This document shows, piece after piece, positions 1 through 7,935 of a stretch of DNA of 14,608 bases; position 1 is the first letter of the stretch, and the number at the start of each line of letters is the position of its first letter. Below the pieces are notes generated by a model that was not told where the DNA came from, ran no database searches, and saw only the letters and a program-made list of their open reading frames with translations. The position numbers were made by a program, and so were the translations under genes. This DNA comes from an uncultured Deinococcales bacterium (GTDB lineage: Bacteria > Deinococcota > Deinococci > Deinococcales > Trueperaceae), in contig CALHRJ010000386.1 of NCBI GenBank assembly GCA_938038395.1, forward strand, positions 1 to 14,608, read 5' to 3'.

Positions 1-840
1 GCTGCACCTGTACTCGATTTCGAATCAATTGATATGAGCATTGCCTACCGCAAAGGTCGCTACGAACAGGGTGCTGATTATCTCAACTTACCCTTTACCA
101 AAGAGCAGTACGATGTCTGGTATGAGGCACTTGCCCAAGCCAGAAAGCATTTACCGCATGACTGGGAAAAAATGGAGTTCTTTGAAGGCTGTATGCCTAT
201 TGAAGAAATGGCACGTAGGGGCTACGATACTCCTCGGTTTGGTCCTTTGAAACCAGTGGGCTTACGCCATCCTGAAACTGAAGAGTCATACTTTGCAGTT
301 GCTCAGCTTAGGCAAGAAGATGTTCGTGGACAGATGTGGAGTTTGGTAGGTTTTCAGACTGGTCTAAAATGGGGTGACCAAAAAACGGTAATTCAAACTA
401 TTCCGGGGTTAGCAGATGCTGAAATCATCCGTTATGGTGTCATGCACCGCAATACCTACCTAAATGCTCCAAGGCTTATGAATGCTGATTTGTCCTTACG
501 TGAGAATCCAAACCTATATATTGCGGGTGTGCTTGCTGGTACAGAAGGTTATTTAGAATCATCTGCTACAGGATGGTTAGCAGGAACCAATGCTGCTAGG
601 CAGTTACTAGGTCAAGAAGGCTTTTATCCACCTGAAGAGAGTATGCTTGGTGGCTTGGTGCGCTTCTTATCTACGGCGAATAGCGATAATTTCCAACCGA
701 TGAATGCCAACTGGGGTCTCGTGCCGAATGTTAAAAAAGAACGTGGTGTGGGCCGTGCTGAGCGTCGTAAAAAGATGTATAGCAATGGTTTAGAAGCATT
801 TACGGCTTGGTTTGATGAAACTGCAAAGGTTACTACTTGA
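1..840 (+). CDS. trmFO: Methylenetetrahydrofolate-dependent tRNA (uracil54-C5)-methyltransferase TrmFO (Gid), C-terminal ~280 codons; the 5' end lies upstream of the window
   Basis: The reading frame is open from base 1 (no stop before the listed Met at 34), so the gene is 5'-truncated by the window edge. The translation carries the TrmFO hallmark C-terminal FAD-domain segment (NLYIAGVLAGTEGYLESSATGWLAGTNAARQ) and the conserved tail (NANWGLVP...KKERG...RAERR). Stop is TGA at 838-840. Confidence 0.85.
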   Translation, partial: AAPVLDFESIDMSIAYRKGRYEQGADYLNLPFTKEQYDVWYEALAQARKHLPHDWEKMEFFEGCMPIEEMARRGYDTPRFGPLKPVGLRHPETEESYFAVAQLRQEDVRGQMWSLVGFQTGLKWGDQKTVIQTIPGLADAEIIRYGVMHRNTYLNAPRLMNADLSLRENPNLYIAGVLAGTEGYLESSATGWLAGTNAARQLLGQEGFYPPEESMLGGLVRFLSTANSDNFQPMNANWGLVPNVKKERGVGRAERRKKMYSNGLEAFTAWFDETAKVTT

Positions 841-859
841 TTCCTTTTGATAACGAAAT

Positions 860-1411
860 TTAAAGTTTGATAGGTTGCTCTACATTTATGTAGGGCAATA
901 TTTTTGCAATGTTGCGGGCATCATCTAGGCCACGGTGGTGTGTTCCCTCAAGTTCAAGATTTAGTTTATGCAAGGCTTGGTCTAGTCCAAAACGTTTTTT
1001 AGTGTTTTGGGCAGCACTAAAGGCTAGTTTGATGTTGAAGTGAGTGGTGAGGGGAAAGGGGATGTTGTGGAGGTTGCAATCTTGCTCGAGCTGCTTTCTG
1101 TCATACTCACCCCATGAGCTAAACATGTAGTCTTCATACTGACTTGCCCAAGCAAGAAATGCTTCAAAGACTTTCGGAAAGATATCTGCACCATCCACAT
1201 CTTTTTGTTGAATGGAAGTTAGTTCTTTGCAAAAGTCGCGTAATTCTGTATGGATGATGGGTCTAACAAAAGCCTGAAACTCATCTAATACTTTCAATGA
1301 TAGGGCATCTACGATAACCGCACCGATTTCAATTGTTTCCATATCTGTACGGGCAAAGTTGCTTGCGCTGTCTTTTGTATCGTCGCAAGTTGCTTCTAAA
1401 TCGACAACCAA
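860..1411 (-). CDS. DEDDh-family 3'-5' exonuclease (KapD/ERI-1-like small exonuclease)
   Basis: Exo I motif VVDLEATC sits at the extreme N-terminus and Exo III motif HRGLDDARN near the C-terminus. The gene is convergent with trmFO, 19 bp apart. The first canonical start is TTG at 1411; there is no in-frame ATG or GTG between it and the upstream stop at 1481-1483. An AAGGGGA Shine-Dalgarno-like element lies ~21 nt upstream, which is far, so the start is uncertain. Confidence 0.75.
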   Translation of the reverse strand: MVVDLEATCDDTKDSASNFARTDMETIEIGAVIVDALSLKVLDEFQAFVRPIIHTELRDFCKELTSIQQKDVDGADIFPKVFEAFLAWASQYEDYMFSSWGEYDRKQLEQDCNLHNIPFPLTTHFNIKLAFSAAQNTKKRFGLDQALHKLNLELEGTHHRGLDDARNIAKILPYINVEQPIKL

Positions 1412-1559
1412 TAAGTGTTTGATAAGAATGTCCCCTTGTGTATCGTGTTGTACTTTTGTATTTCTGAGTATTCTCCATTTTTACAATGCTTTTTGTCGTC
1501 TTTATGCAATCGAAAAACTTAGGAAAATAGTTTTAAAATCTTTGCTAGTTTGGACATAA

Positions 1560-2241
1560 GCCATCGCTTGTTGTGCCTTATGGTGTCAATGGCTACTGAA
1601 CATCTATGAAACTATTAGACTTTGATTTCTTGTAGTTTACACTATATTAAACGATGCAATGCGCTAAAAACTAACACTTTTTAATGGTTACATTACCTAG
1701 TCTTGAATAAGAACCACAACATGACTAGGTATCAAAAAAAATTTGTACTTAAGTTACTACAAAGATGTTTTATGAGATTAATGCATTGACATTTCTTAGA
1801 TAATACATAGATATGTAATTGATTGAAAAAACTACCAAGCTAGACCTAGATTAATCCTTAAATTAATACGATACTTATAAAACTGTCAGTTGACTTGCAA
1901 GCAAGCTTGTTTAAATCGTAAGCTTACAGTTCTACTAAACTCAAACGTTCATGTAGTGGGAATCAGACATCTAAAAATAGGTTTCACAAACTTTTAGATG
2001 TTTAAAGTACTATCTCAAAATTGCAAAAATATTTAGCGTTTTAACAAAGAAAAATTTGTTTTAAATCGGGAATTGGCTCCTAAATGGAGACTCCTAAACA
2101 CCTCAACGGAGAAGGGTAATTAGGGTCGAGTATTGTGAATTGTCTACGTGGTACAACAAAAAAATTGATGTTTTGGCTGAGATATGAGTGGGGCACCACG
2201 CCTACCAGCCTATTTAACTTATCTAGAAATAGGGTTAACCC
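1560..2241 (+). promoter_or_regulatory. Long AT-rich non-coding region upstream of dnaA (dnaA promoter/leader; possible origin-proximal region)
   Basis: ~680 bp without a credible ORF, very AT-rich, directly 5' of dnaA. It contains a perfect 10-bp inverted repeat (1967-2001) and two HindIII-centred palindromes (1902-1909 caagcttg; 1918-1927 gtaagcttac). I could not find consensus TTATCCACA or TTTTCCACA DnaA boxes. Confidence 0.3.
1967..2001. other. Perfect 10-bp inverted repeat (acatctaaaa / ttttagatgt) with a 15-nt loop in the dnaA upstream region
   Basis: The reverse complement of 1967-1976 equals 1992-2001 exactly, as read from the sequence. Confidence 0.5.
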
Positions 2242-3756
2242 ATGAGTGAAGAAGCCCTAATCTGGCAGAGCCTTTTGGAATGTATTCAAAAAGATGTACC
2301 ACAGGTCCAATATCGTACTTGGTTTGAAGATAAAACACGGCCGCTTGGTATGAAAGGCGATAGTTATGTCATTGGTGTGCCGCACTCTTTTGCCAAAGAC
2401 TGGATCAAGAACCACTATGGCGAGCTTATCGAGACTTGCCTTAGCAATCTTGGTAACACAGCAGTCTCAGTATCTTATGAGGTTGTTGGGTTTGATACCG
2501 CTCAACAAGAACTTTTCTCTGTGCAAGATGCTGAAGAGGCTTTAGCCCAACAAGGTAATGACCTAAAAGGTAGTGACCTAACAAATCAAACTAATGATGT
2601 ACCTCCTGCTCCAAACACTCAACCAAGTACCGAAAGATACAATCAAGATTTTGCGTCACCCCTGAATTCAAAAAAAGCTCAGAATCCAGACAAGGTTAAC
2701 TCAGAAATGCAACAACCAACCCCTATCAGTAAACGCTTATCACTCAACCACAAGTACATTTTTAGCAATTTTGTTGTTGGTCCTAACAATAGTCTGGCTC
2801 ATGCTGCTGCTCTAGCCACAGCAGAGTCTCCAGGACGTGCCTATAACCCTCTGTTTATCTATGGAGATGCTGGGCTAGGCAAAACTCACCTTATGCACGC
2901 TGTGGGTCAATCTGCAGCAGAACGCTTTCCACACATGCAGGTAGAGTACGTAACAACTGAGACCTTTACCAATGACCTTGTTACTGCAATTCGTGGTGAT
3001 AACATGGTGCAATTCCGTGACCGCTACCGTAATATAGATTTGTTACTTGTTGATGATATTCAATTTTTAGATGGTAAAGAACGAACCCAAGAAGAATTTT
3101 TCCATACCTTTAATACGCTCTACGAATCTGGTAAACAAATAATTCTATCGTCTGATAGACCACCACGAGATATATCAACACTTGAGAACCGCTTAAGAAG
3201 CCGCTTTGAGTGGGGTCTTATTACGGATATTCAAGCCCCAGATCTTGAAACACGTATGGCGATTCTCAAAATGAATGCAGAAAACCATCAGGTAAACATC
3301 ACAGATGATGTGATTACCTATATCGCCTACCAAGCAGCAAAAAACATTCGGGAATTAGAAGGCGCACTTATGCGCGTAATTGTCTATGCCAGTATGAATG
3401 GCGCACCGATGAACCGTAACACTGCTGCGAATGCACTGTCTGATGTCTTTACAACAAACGAAGAGATTAGTTTGAGTTTAGAGGACATATCGCAAACTGT
3501 AACTTCCCATTACAACACCACCAAAGAAGATATGCTTTCAAAAAGCCGTAGGGCTGAGATTGTTAAAGTTAGACAGATTTGCATGTACCTCATGCGTGAG
3601 TTAACAACACATTCATTTCCTGAAATTGGTACATTCTTTTCTGGACGTGACCATACGACTGTAATGCACGCAGTACAAAAGATAGAAAAGCTATTAAAGA
3701 CAGATAACGTTATTGCTGAAGAAGTTCGTACTATAAAATCTAGACTTGCGATTTAG
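2242..3756 (+). CDS. dnaA: Chromosomal replication initiator protein DnaA
   Basis: AAA+ Walker A ([15 protein letters not shown]), Walker B ([10 protein letters not shown]) and the DnaA domain IV signature ([18 protein letters not shown]). A long N/Q/P-rich linker separates domains I and III. Stop is TAG at 3754-3756. Confidence 0.95.
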   Translation: MSEEALIWQSLLECIQKDVPQVQYRTWFEDKTRPLGMKGDSYVIGVPHSFAKDWIKNHYGELIETCLSNLGNTAVSVSYEVVGFDTAQQELFSVQDAEEALAQQGNDLKGSDLTNQTNDVPPAPNTQPSTERYNQDFASPLNSKKAQNPDKVNSEMQQPTPISKRLSLNHKYIFSNFVVGPNNSLAHAAALATAESPGRAYNPLFIYGDAGLGKTHLMHAVGQSAAERFPHMQVEYVTTETFTNDLVTAIRGDNMVQFRDRYRNIDLLLVDDIQFLDGKERTQEEFFHTFNTLYESGKQIILSSDRPPRDISTLENRLRSRFEWGLITDIQAPDLETRMAILKMNAENHQVNITDDVITYIAYQAAKNIRELEGALMRVIVYASMNGAPMNRNTAANALSDVFTTNEEISLSLEDISQTVTSHYNTTKEDMLSKSRRAEIVKVRQICMYLMRELTTHSFPEIGTFFSGRDHTTVMHAVQKIEKLLKTDNVIAEEVRTIKSRLAI

Positions 3757-3847
3757 CCTAGGTTTTGCAACTTAGATTTTTAATTTGACATTTTTACGTT
3801 CATAATTCATCTCGAATTATGGACGTATTTTATTCAGTAGTTATCGA

Positions 3848-4219
3848 TTACTCACTTAGATCTTGAGCTAGCATGAGTGCGTTTCCATCTGGGTCGTAGA
3901 GTGTTGCTAACTTAACCATACCCTCCACATACATCGTTTCCCCGTCAAATTTGACAGCATGTCCTTCAAGATCCTTACGGGCAGAATCAACATCTTCAGT
4001 TCCAAAAACTGGAATCATATTTCCAGGTGTTACTTCTTCTGCATCTCCTAAACCTAGTGTGACACCTTCAGTATTTGTCGTGAGTTCAGTCCAACCAATT
4101 TCATCTGCGCTATAAATTTCTTCAAAGCCGAAGTGTTTCTTGTACCATTCTGCTGACCTTGCACGACTTTTTACATTTAGTGAAATGGTAATCGTTGAAT
4201 TTAATTTTACTGTTGACAT
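3848..4219 (-). CDS. VOC-family (glyoxalase/bleomycin-resistance/dioxygenase fold) protein, ~123 aa
   Basis: Start is placed at the internal Met (MSTVKLNS...) because an AAGGAG Shine-Dalgarno site lies 9 nt upstream of it on the minus strand (around 4229-4234). The 23 extra N-terminal codons in the ORF track (to 4288) lack any RBS and overlap the divergent gene. The sequence is VOC-like, with paired beta-alpha-beta-beta-beta modules and a conserved ...ATLYDPDGNALML... C-terminus. Confidence 0.7.
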   Translation of the reverse strand: MSTVKLNSTITISLNVKSRARSAEWYKKHFGFEEIYSADEIGWTELTTNTEGVTLGLGDAEEVTPGNMIPVFGTEDVDSARKDLEGHAVKFDGETMYVEGMVKLATLYDPDGNALMLAQDLSE

Positions 4220-4247
4220 TTTGACTTGCTCCTTAAGGTGATTTATT

Positions 4248-4262
4248 TTATAGTAACTATAA
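4248..4262. promoter_or_regulatory. Perfect 7-1-7 palindrome ttatagtAactataa in the 46-bp divergent intergenic region; candidate operator of the adjacent HxlR-type regulator
   Basis: Read directly from the sequence. It lies 3 bp upstream of the regulator ATG and overlaps a TATAAT-like hexamer. A TTGACT at 4221-4226 plus TATTTT at 4244-4249 (17-bp spacing) forms a plausible sigma70-like promoter. Confidence 0.35.
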
Positions 4263-4265
4263 TAA

Positions 4266-4802
4266 ATGGACAAACAGCAATTAGTCAAGCTTTGCTCAAA
4301 AAGTTGGAGCCTTAAAGCGCTTGCATTACTAAATCAAGGAGTTTCAGGTAGGGTTTCGCCGCTTGCTAGCGCAGCAGGTGCAGGTAGAACAGCTATGTCT
4401 GCATCTGTTCAGCACCTTGTTGAACTTGGGTTGTTAGAACGGAATTCTGGTCATGGGCATCCGCTGCGACCTGAGTTTGTGCTTACGGATGAGGGGATGC
4501 TATTAGGTGAATGGGCTTGTAGGCTTGATGAACTATTGATTACGCCTGAAGATTCAAAGTTGGCTCGAGCTACTTGGACCCTACCCATCATGCAAGTTTT
4601 AGGAAATTATGAACGTTTCAATGAAGTAGCAGGCGTGCTTTCACCTATTACAGATCGTTCGCTTTCACTTACTTTGACTCAACTAACTACAGGAAAATGG
4701 ATTAGTCGTGGCGTAGAACCTGAGCTTCAACCTCCACTGGTCTATTACCGACCAAGCGGAATTGGTGAGCAAATCTCAGAATATTTGAATAGAGCATCTT
4801 AA
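4266..4802 (+). CDS. Transcriptional regulator made of two tandem HxlR-type winged-helix domains in one polypeptide (178 aa)
   Basis: Both halves match the HxlR pattern W-x-h-x-I-h...G..RF.E(L)...h.gIs.r.L...L..L...G.h.R....P..V.Y.LT..G. Half 1 is SWSLKALALLNQGVSGRVSPLASAAG...VQHLVELGLLERN...RPEFVLTDEG. Half 2 is WTLPIMQVLGNYERFNEVAGVLSPITDRSLSLTLTQLTTGKWISR...PPLVYYRPSGIG. The gene is divergent from the VOC gene. Its GC content is visibly higher than its neighbours. No Shine-Dalgarno site precedes it, so it may be leaderless or have a short leader. Confidence 0.65.
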   Translation: MDKQQLVKLCSKSWSLKALALLNQGVSGRVSPLASAAGAGRTAMSASVQHLVELGLLERNSGHGHPLRPEFVLTDEGMLLGEWACRLDELLITPEDSKLARATWTLPIMQVLGNYERFNEVAGVLSPITDRSLSLTLTQLTTGKWISRGVEPELQPPLVYYRPSGIGEQISEYLNRAS

Positions 4803-4838
4803 AATATAGGTATTCTATTTTATTATTATAGATAAGTT

Positions 4839-5588
4839 TTATTTTAAGTAATGCCCTTTGATAAACTCAGTAGCTGGATGTCGCAGTTGTTGACATTGAG
4901 CAATAAAGGCAGCATAGTCATAGCTAACTTTGTAATGTTGTAACTTATAAGCGGCTTCATTTGCATCTAATAAAACATAGGATGCTCGTAAATCTTCTGT
5001 GGGCGGGTTACTAACACTTCCAAGGTTTACAATTCGTAAACTTTTAGGTTGTCTATCGCTTGCTTTATGTGTATGCCCTACACAAACTAAATCAGCAGAG
5101 CAGTTTTTGAAGAGCTGTTGTAATTGTTCATCTGTAGTTTCTGGGTGTACGCCTATGCCATCATCTAACTCAAAGGAAGCATGTACCCCTAAAAACTGAC
5201 TGCTGTCTGGCAAAGTTTTATTTAGGTCACTAGGTAGATTGGCTAAGAAGTCAAAATAACCAGCGACAGTTATAGCACCTTGTGTCCAAGCAAAAGATTC
5301 ATTGACGCTTTTGAAAATTGTAATAGCTTCCAGATTGTTTCTAACATCTTCAATAGTGGGAGGTGGACGCTCACCTGTGACAACATACCTGTCTGTATTA
5401 CCTCGAATAAATTCAGCATTTTTTAAAGCGGTTAAGCGTTCCAAAATGCCTATGGGGTCAGGGCCTATAGCTACTAAATCACCAAGTATCCAATAAGCAT
5501 CTACACCACCTTGTTTTTCAATATCTTCTAATACGGCATCTAAAGCTAAGGAGTTACCATGAATATCTGAAAAGAGTGCTATACGCAT
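4839..5588 (-). CDS. Calcineurin-like metallophosphoesterase (MPP superfamily)
   Basis: MPP motifs are present: DIHGN (motif I), GDLVAIGPDP (GDxx), GNTDRY (GNHD/E-like) and CVGHTHK (GHxH). Convergent with the regulator gene, 36 bp apart. Confidence 0.85.
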   Translation of the reverse strand: MRIALFSDIHGNSLALDAVLEDIEKQGGVDAYWILGDLVAIGPDPIGILERLTALKNAEFIRGNTDRYVVTGERPPPTIEDVRNNLEAITIFKSVNESFAWTQGAITVAGYFDFLANLPSDLNKTLPDSSQFLGVHASFELDDGIGVHPETTDEQLQQLFKNCSADLVCVGHTHKASDRQPKSLRIVNLGSVSNPPTEDLRASYVLLDANEAAYKLQHYKVSYDYAAFIAQCQQLRHPATEFIKGHYLK

Positions 5589-5677
5589 AATTTTCAGCCT
5601 ATCACGTGACTTTTTGAATTAGCCATTTTAAAAGCAATTGCTAGTCTACAAGCAAAAGCGTATAGTGTAGCTCTTAC

Positions 5678-6550
5678 ATGCATACAAAATCGCTCCCTTA
5701 CGTCTTTTTACTTAGCCTCTTTTGGGGAACGAATGTTGTGGCTAGTCGCTTTGGTATTGGTGAATTCAACCCTTACTTGTTTATAACGCTACGCTTAACG
5801 ATTGCTGTTCTGTGTTTTGTACCAGTTTTGTTACTGATACAAGGCAAATTACCCACACGAGTATCGCTTTGGAAAAAGGCCGCTTTAAGCGGTTTACTTG
5901 GTGTAGCTATTCCTATGCCAACCTTTATTTTATCTTTGCAATATCAATCTAGTGGTGTGGCTAGTTTATATGTAACAACATTTCCTGTGATGCTTATAAT
6001 TGCAGCGCATTACATATTGCCAGATGAACGTATGACCCGTAATAAAGCACTAGGTGTAACAATTGCTTTGTGTGGCGCATTGTTTTTAGCGATAAAAGGT
6101 GAGAGTGGTTTGAGCGATATTGGTCGGGCAAATCCGCTAGGCTTCATACTTATTATTGTCGGGCTAATGTCTGAAGTCTGTAATACTATGTTTGTACGCC
6201 TCCATATGAAAGATGAAGACCCACTACAAGTTACAGGTATTCGCTTATTTACAGGTGCGATTATTGTAGCTATTGTGACGAGCTTCTTTGGTGATTTTTC
6301 TTTTGCAAATGTAACACGAGCAGGCTACTTTTCGCTTGCTTACGCGGCTATCTTTGGTGCATTGGCAGCACAGTTTTTAGCTTTCTTTATACAAGGTAAA
6401 TTTGGTGCAACCGCTTTTTCTATGACATCTTTTATAGTGCCTGTCGTGGCAACACTTTTTGGTGCATTGTTACTTGGTGAAATCTTGACTTGGGCGATGG
6501 CTGTTGGGATGTTGTTAATTGGAACAGGACTTTACTTGGTGAATAAGTAA
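5678..6550 (+). CDS. EamA/DMT-superfamily transporter (10-TM drug/metabolite exporter family)
   Basis: Two EamA-like halves, each with ~5 hydrophobic helices; WG.N motif near the N-terminus (LFWGTNVVASRF) and a second-half repeat (...ATLFGALLLGEILTW...). No clear Shine-Dalgarno site, so the start is uncertain. Confidence 0.8.
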   Translation: MHTKSLPYVFLLSLFWGTNVVASRFGIGEFNPYLFITLRLTIAVLCFVPVLLLIQGKLPTRVSLWKKAALSGLLGVAIPMPTFILSLQYQSSGVASLYVTTFPVMLIIAAHYILPDERMTRNKALGVTIALCGALFLAIKGESGLSDIGRANPLGFILIIVGLMSEVCNTMFVRLHMKDEDPLQVTGIRLFTGAIIVAIVTSFFGDFSFANVTRAGYFSLAYAAIFGALAAQFLAFFIQGKFGATAFSMTSFIVPVVATLFGALLLGEILTWAMAVGMLLIGTGLYLVNK

Positions 6551-6705
6551 GCTTTATTTTTTGGAGTGCTATTCAATCAAGGTAATTAACTGAGGTGCAA
6601 TATAACTGGGATGCCTAGCTTAAGCGACATCTCAGCGAATCGTCTTAGTAACTCTAGATTGATTGGATGATTCTTAAATTCCGATAGCCTAACATGTTTT
6701 AGTGT

Positions 6706-6906
6706 TTATGTTTTATCGTTGTCAATGTCTTCTACATTGGTTTCATGTGCTGCATCAGTAATATTGTCTTGATGCATTTCACTATCAGTGTCCATTTCTG
6801 AATCACTTACTGAGTTTATGTTCATGTGTGGGTCGTTTGAATCGTATATTTCAACATTATCTGAGTCACTTTCAGAGCTGTATTTGGTACTAGATTCAGA
6901 GCTGTA
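6706..6906 (-). other. In-frame continuation of the PepSY acidic-tail ORF beyond its TAA stop (66 further sense codons, Ser/Asp/Glu-rich, ending at TAA 6706-6708)
   Basis: I translated the minus strand by hand from 6906 downward, in frame with the upstream CDS: YSSESSTKYSSESDSDNVEIYDSNDPHMNINSVSDSEMDTDSEMHQDNITDAAHETNVEDIDNDKT*. The composition matches the acidic tail. This suggests a nonsense mutation, a sequencing error or stop-codon readthrough. Confidence 0.5.
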
Positions 6907-7374
6907 TTAATCGTTGTCATCATCTTCATATTCTGATTCATGTTCTGATTCGTCCTTATCATCATCTTCATACTCAGATTCATGCTCTGATTCGTCCTTA
7001 GCATCTTCACTAGCACTATAGTGATTGCTTGCAAATTGTTGAGCAACAACAAGATCAGGATTTGTAATATCAATGAAAATTGCTTCTGTTTCTAAATCTA
7101 CTGTCCAAACAAGATAACCATTGAGCACTGTGAGTTCTGCGTTGGCACCTTCTGGTAAAGTTCCTGCCTTTTGTTGGGCGAGTGTCAGTGCTTGTCCTGC
7201 GGTTATAGATGCCAATGTACTTGCTTCTTCGAGTGACATACCTGATTCGTAAAGTGTCGTTCCTTTAAAGCTATTCATAGTCTGGTTATAGCTTTGCTGA
7301 CTAAAGCCTAATTGCGAGAAACCGAGTGTTCCTAAAACTGCGATGCTTAAAAGTCCTATAGATAGTTTTTTCAT
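6907..7374 (-). CDS. Secreted PepSY-domain protein with a repetitive acidic His/Asp/Glu tail
   Basis: Signal peptide MKKLSIGLLSIAVLGTLGFS. PepSY-like core (SLEEASTLASITAGQALTLAQQ...AELTVLNGYLVWTVDLETEAIFIDITNPDLVV). C-terminal repeats of KDESEHESEYEDDD. An AAAGGA Shine-Dalgarno-like site precedes the ATG at 7374. The gene ends at TAA (6907-6909), but the same frame stays open downstream. Confidence 0.7.
   Translation of the reverse strand: MKKLSIGLLSIAVLGTLGFSQLGFSQQSYNQTMNSFKGTTLYESGMSLEEASTLASITAGQALTLAQQKAGTLPEGANAELTVLNGYLVWTVDLETEAIFIDITNPDLVVAQQFASNHYSASEDAKDESEHESEYEDDDKDESEHESEYEDDDND
6919..7002. repeat. Two tandem copies of a 42-bp repeat (38/42 identical) encoding KDESEHESEYEDDD x2 in the PepSY protein tail
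   Basis: 6919-6960 and 6961-7002 aligned by eye; there are 4 mismatches, 3 of them synonymous. Confidence 0.85.
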
Positions 7375-7615
7375 GTTTAATTCCTTTCACCAATTAGGAG
7401 TTTGGATTTGGGTTACTCCCTTTGGTTAAAAAGAGTTTAGATAACGAATGTTGGATGTATGTTGGACAAAGGCAGATAAGAAAAACTCGTTTTTGGAATG
7501 GGCGCTTTCTTAGGAATAAGGCCAAGTTTTATGAGTATTTAGAGCAAAATAATTTATTATTTCTTTAGTAAAGTCTTAAGTTTGAGTGTTTCCTAAAGCA
7601 CTAATGAACATTTCG

Positions 7616-7636
7616 GAAACATGAGGGAAATGTTTC
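7616..7636. promoter_or_regulatory. Palindromic site GAAACAT-N7-ATGTTTC in the divergent PepSY/DUF4384 intergenic region; a third copy of the half-site (TGTTTCC, 7587-7593) lies upstream
   Basis: The reverse complement of 7616-7622 equals 7630-7636. TGTTTCC at 7587-7593 is also complementary to GGAAACA at 7615-7621. This could be an operator or alternative RNA pairing. Confidence 0.35.
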
Positions 7637-7830
7637 TGTCTAAACTGCAATCACTGAGGTATAGCTTGTTCTAATGTCGAAAGTTTCTTGATAAGCAAGA
7701 CATCAATCAATAGTTATAAAGATTTACTGTGTAGTTATAAGCTAGTTATAAATAACGAATAGTTTTAATAATGAACTTACAGGATGATGAATTCCTCGAC
7801 GCTTGCTTCGAATTAGGTATTTAGAATCAA

Positions 7831-7847
7831 TGTGACTCTAAGTCACA
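7831..7847. promoter_or_regulatory. Inverted repeat TGTGACT-cta-AGTCACA ~90 bp upstream of the DUF4384 gene
   Basis: Perfect 7-bp arms with a 3-bp spacer. The TGTGA/TCACA arms resemble CRP/NtcA-family half-sites, but the centre spacing is 7 rather than the canonical 6. Confidence 0.35.
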
Positions 7848-7935
7848 AGATTTCCCATCGATACATCGTCAGCTTGCTGCGATGCTGTTCATTAAGCTAA
7901 AGATGATTATGATTTACACAGTACTGGGAGGAAAA

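Noticed and set aside
41-250. 69-aa ORF in the +2 frame inside trmFO
   Set aside because: It overlaps a strongly supported CDS in another frame, has no RBS and its composition is not protein-like.
1359-1559. 66-aa plus-strand ORF overlapping the exonuclease start
   Set aside because: It is antisense to and overlaps the exonuclease N-terminus. It is Cys/Ser-rich and low-complexity and has no Shine-Dalgarno site.
4999-5496. Two short plus-strand ORFs (4999-5199, 5302-5496) inside the metallophosphoesterase gene
   Set aside because: They are antisense to a well-supported CDS and are likely artefacts of AT-poor codon complementarity.
6822-7073. 83-aa minus-strand ORF overlapping the PepSY acidic tail in another frame
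   Set aside because: It is an alternative-frame reading of the 42-bp repeat region, with an M/N/Q-rich low-complexity translation.
7831-7847. Reading TGTGACTCTAAGTCACA as a canonical CRP/NtcA site
   Set aside because: The half-site spacing is N7, not the N6 of CRP-family sites or the GTA-N8-TAC of NtcA, so it is kept only as a generic palindromic operator candidate.
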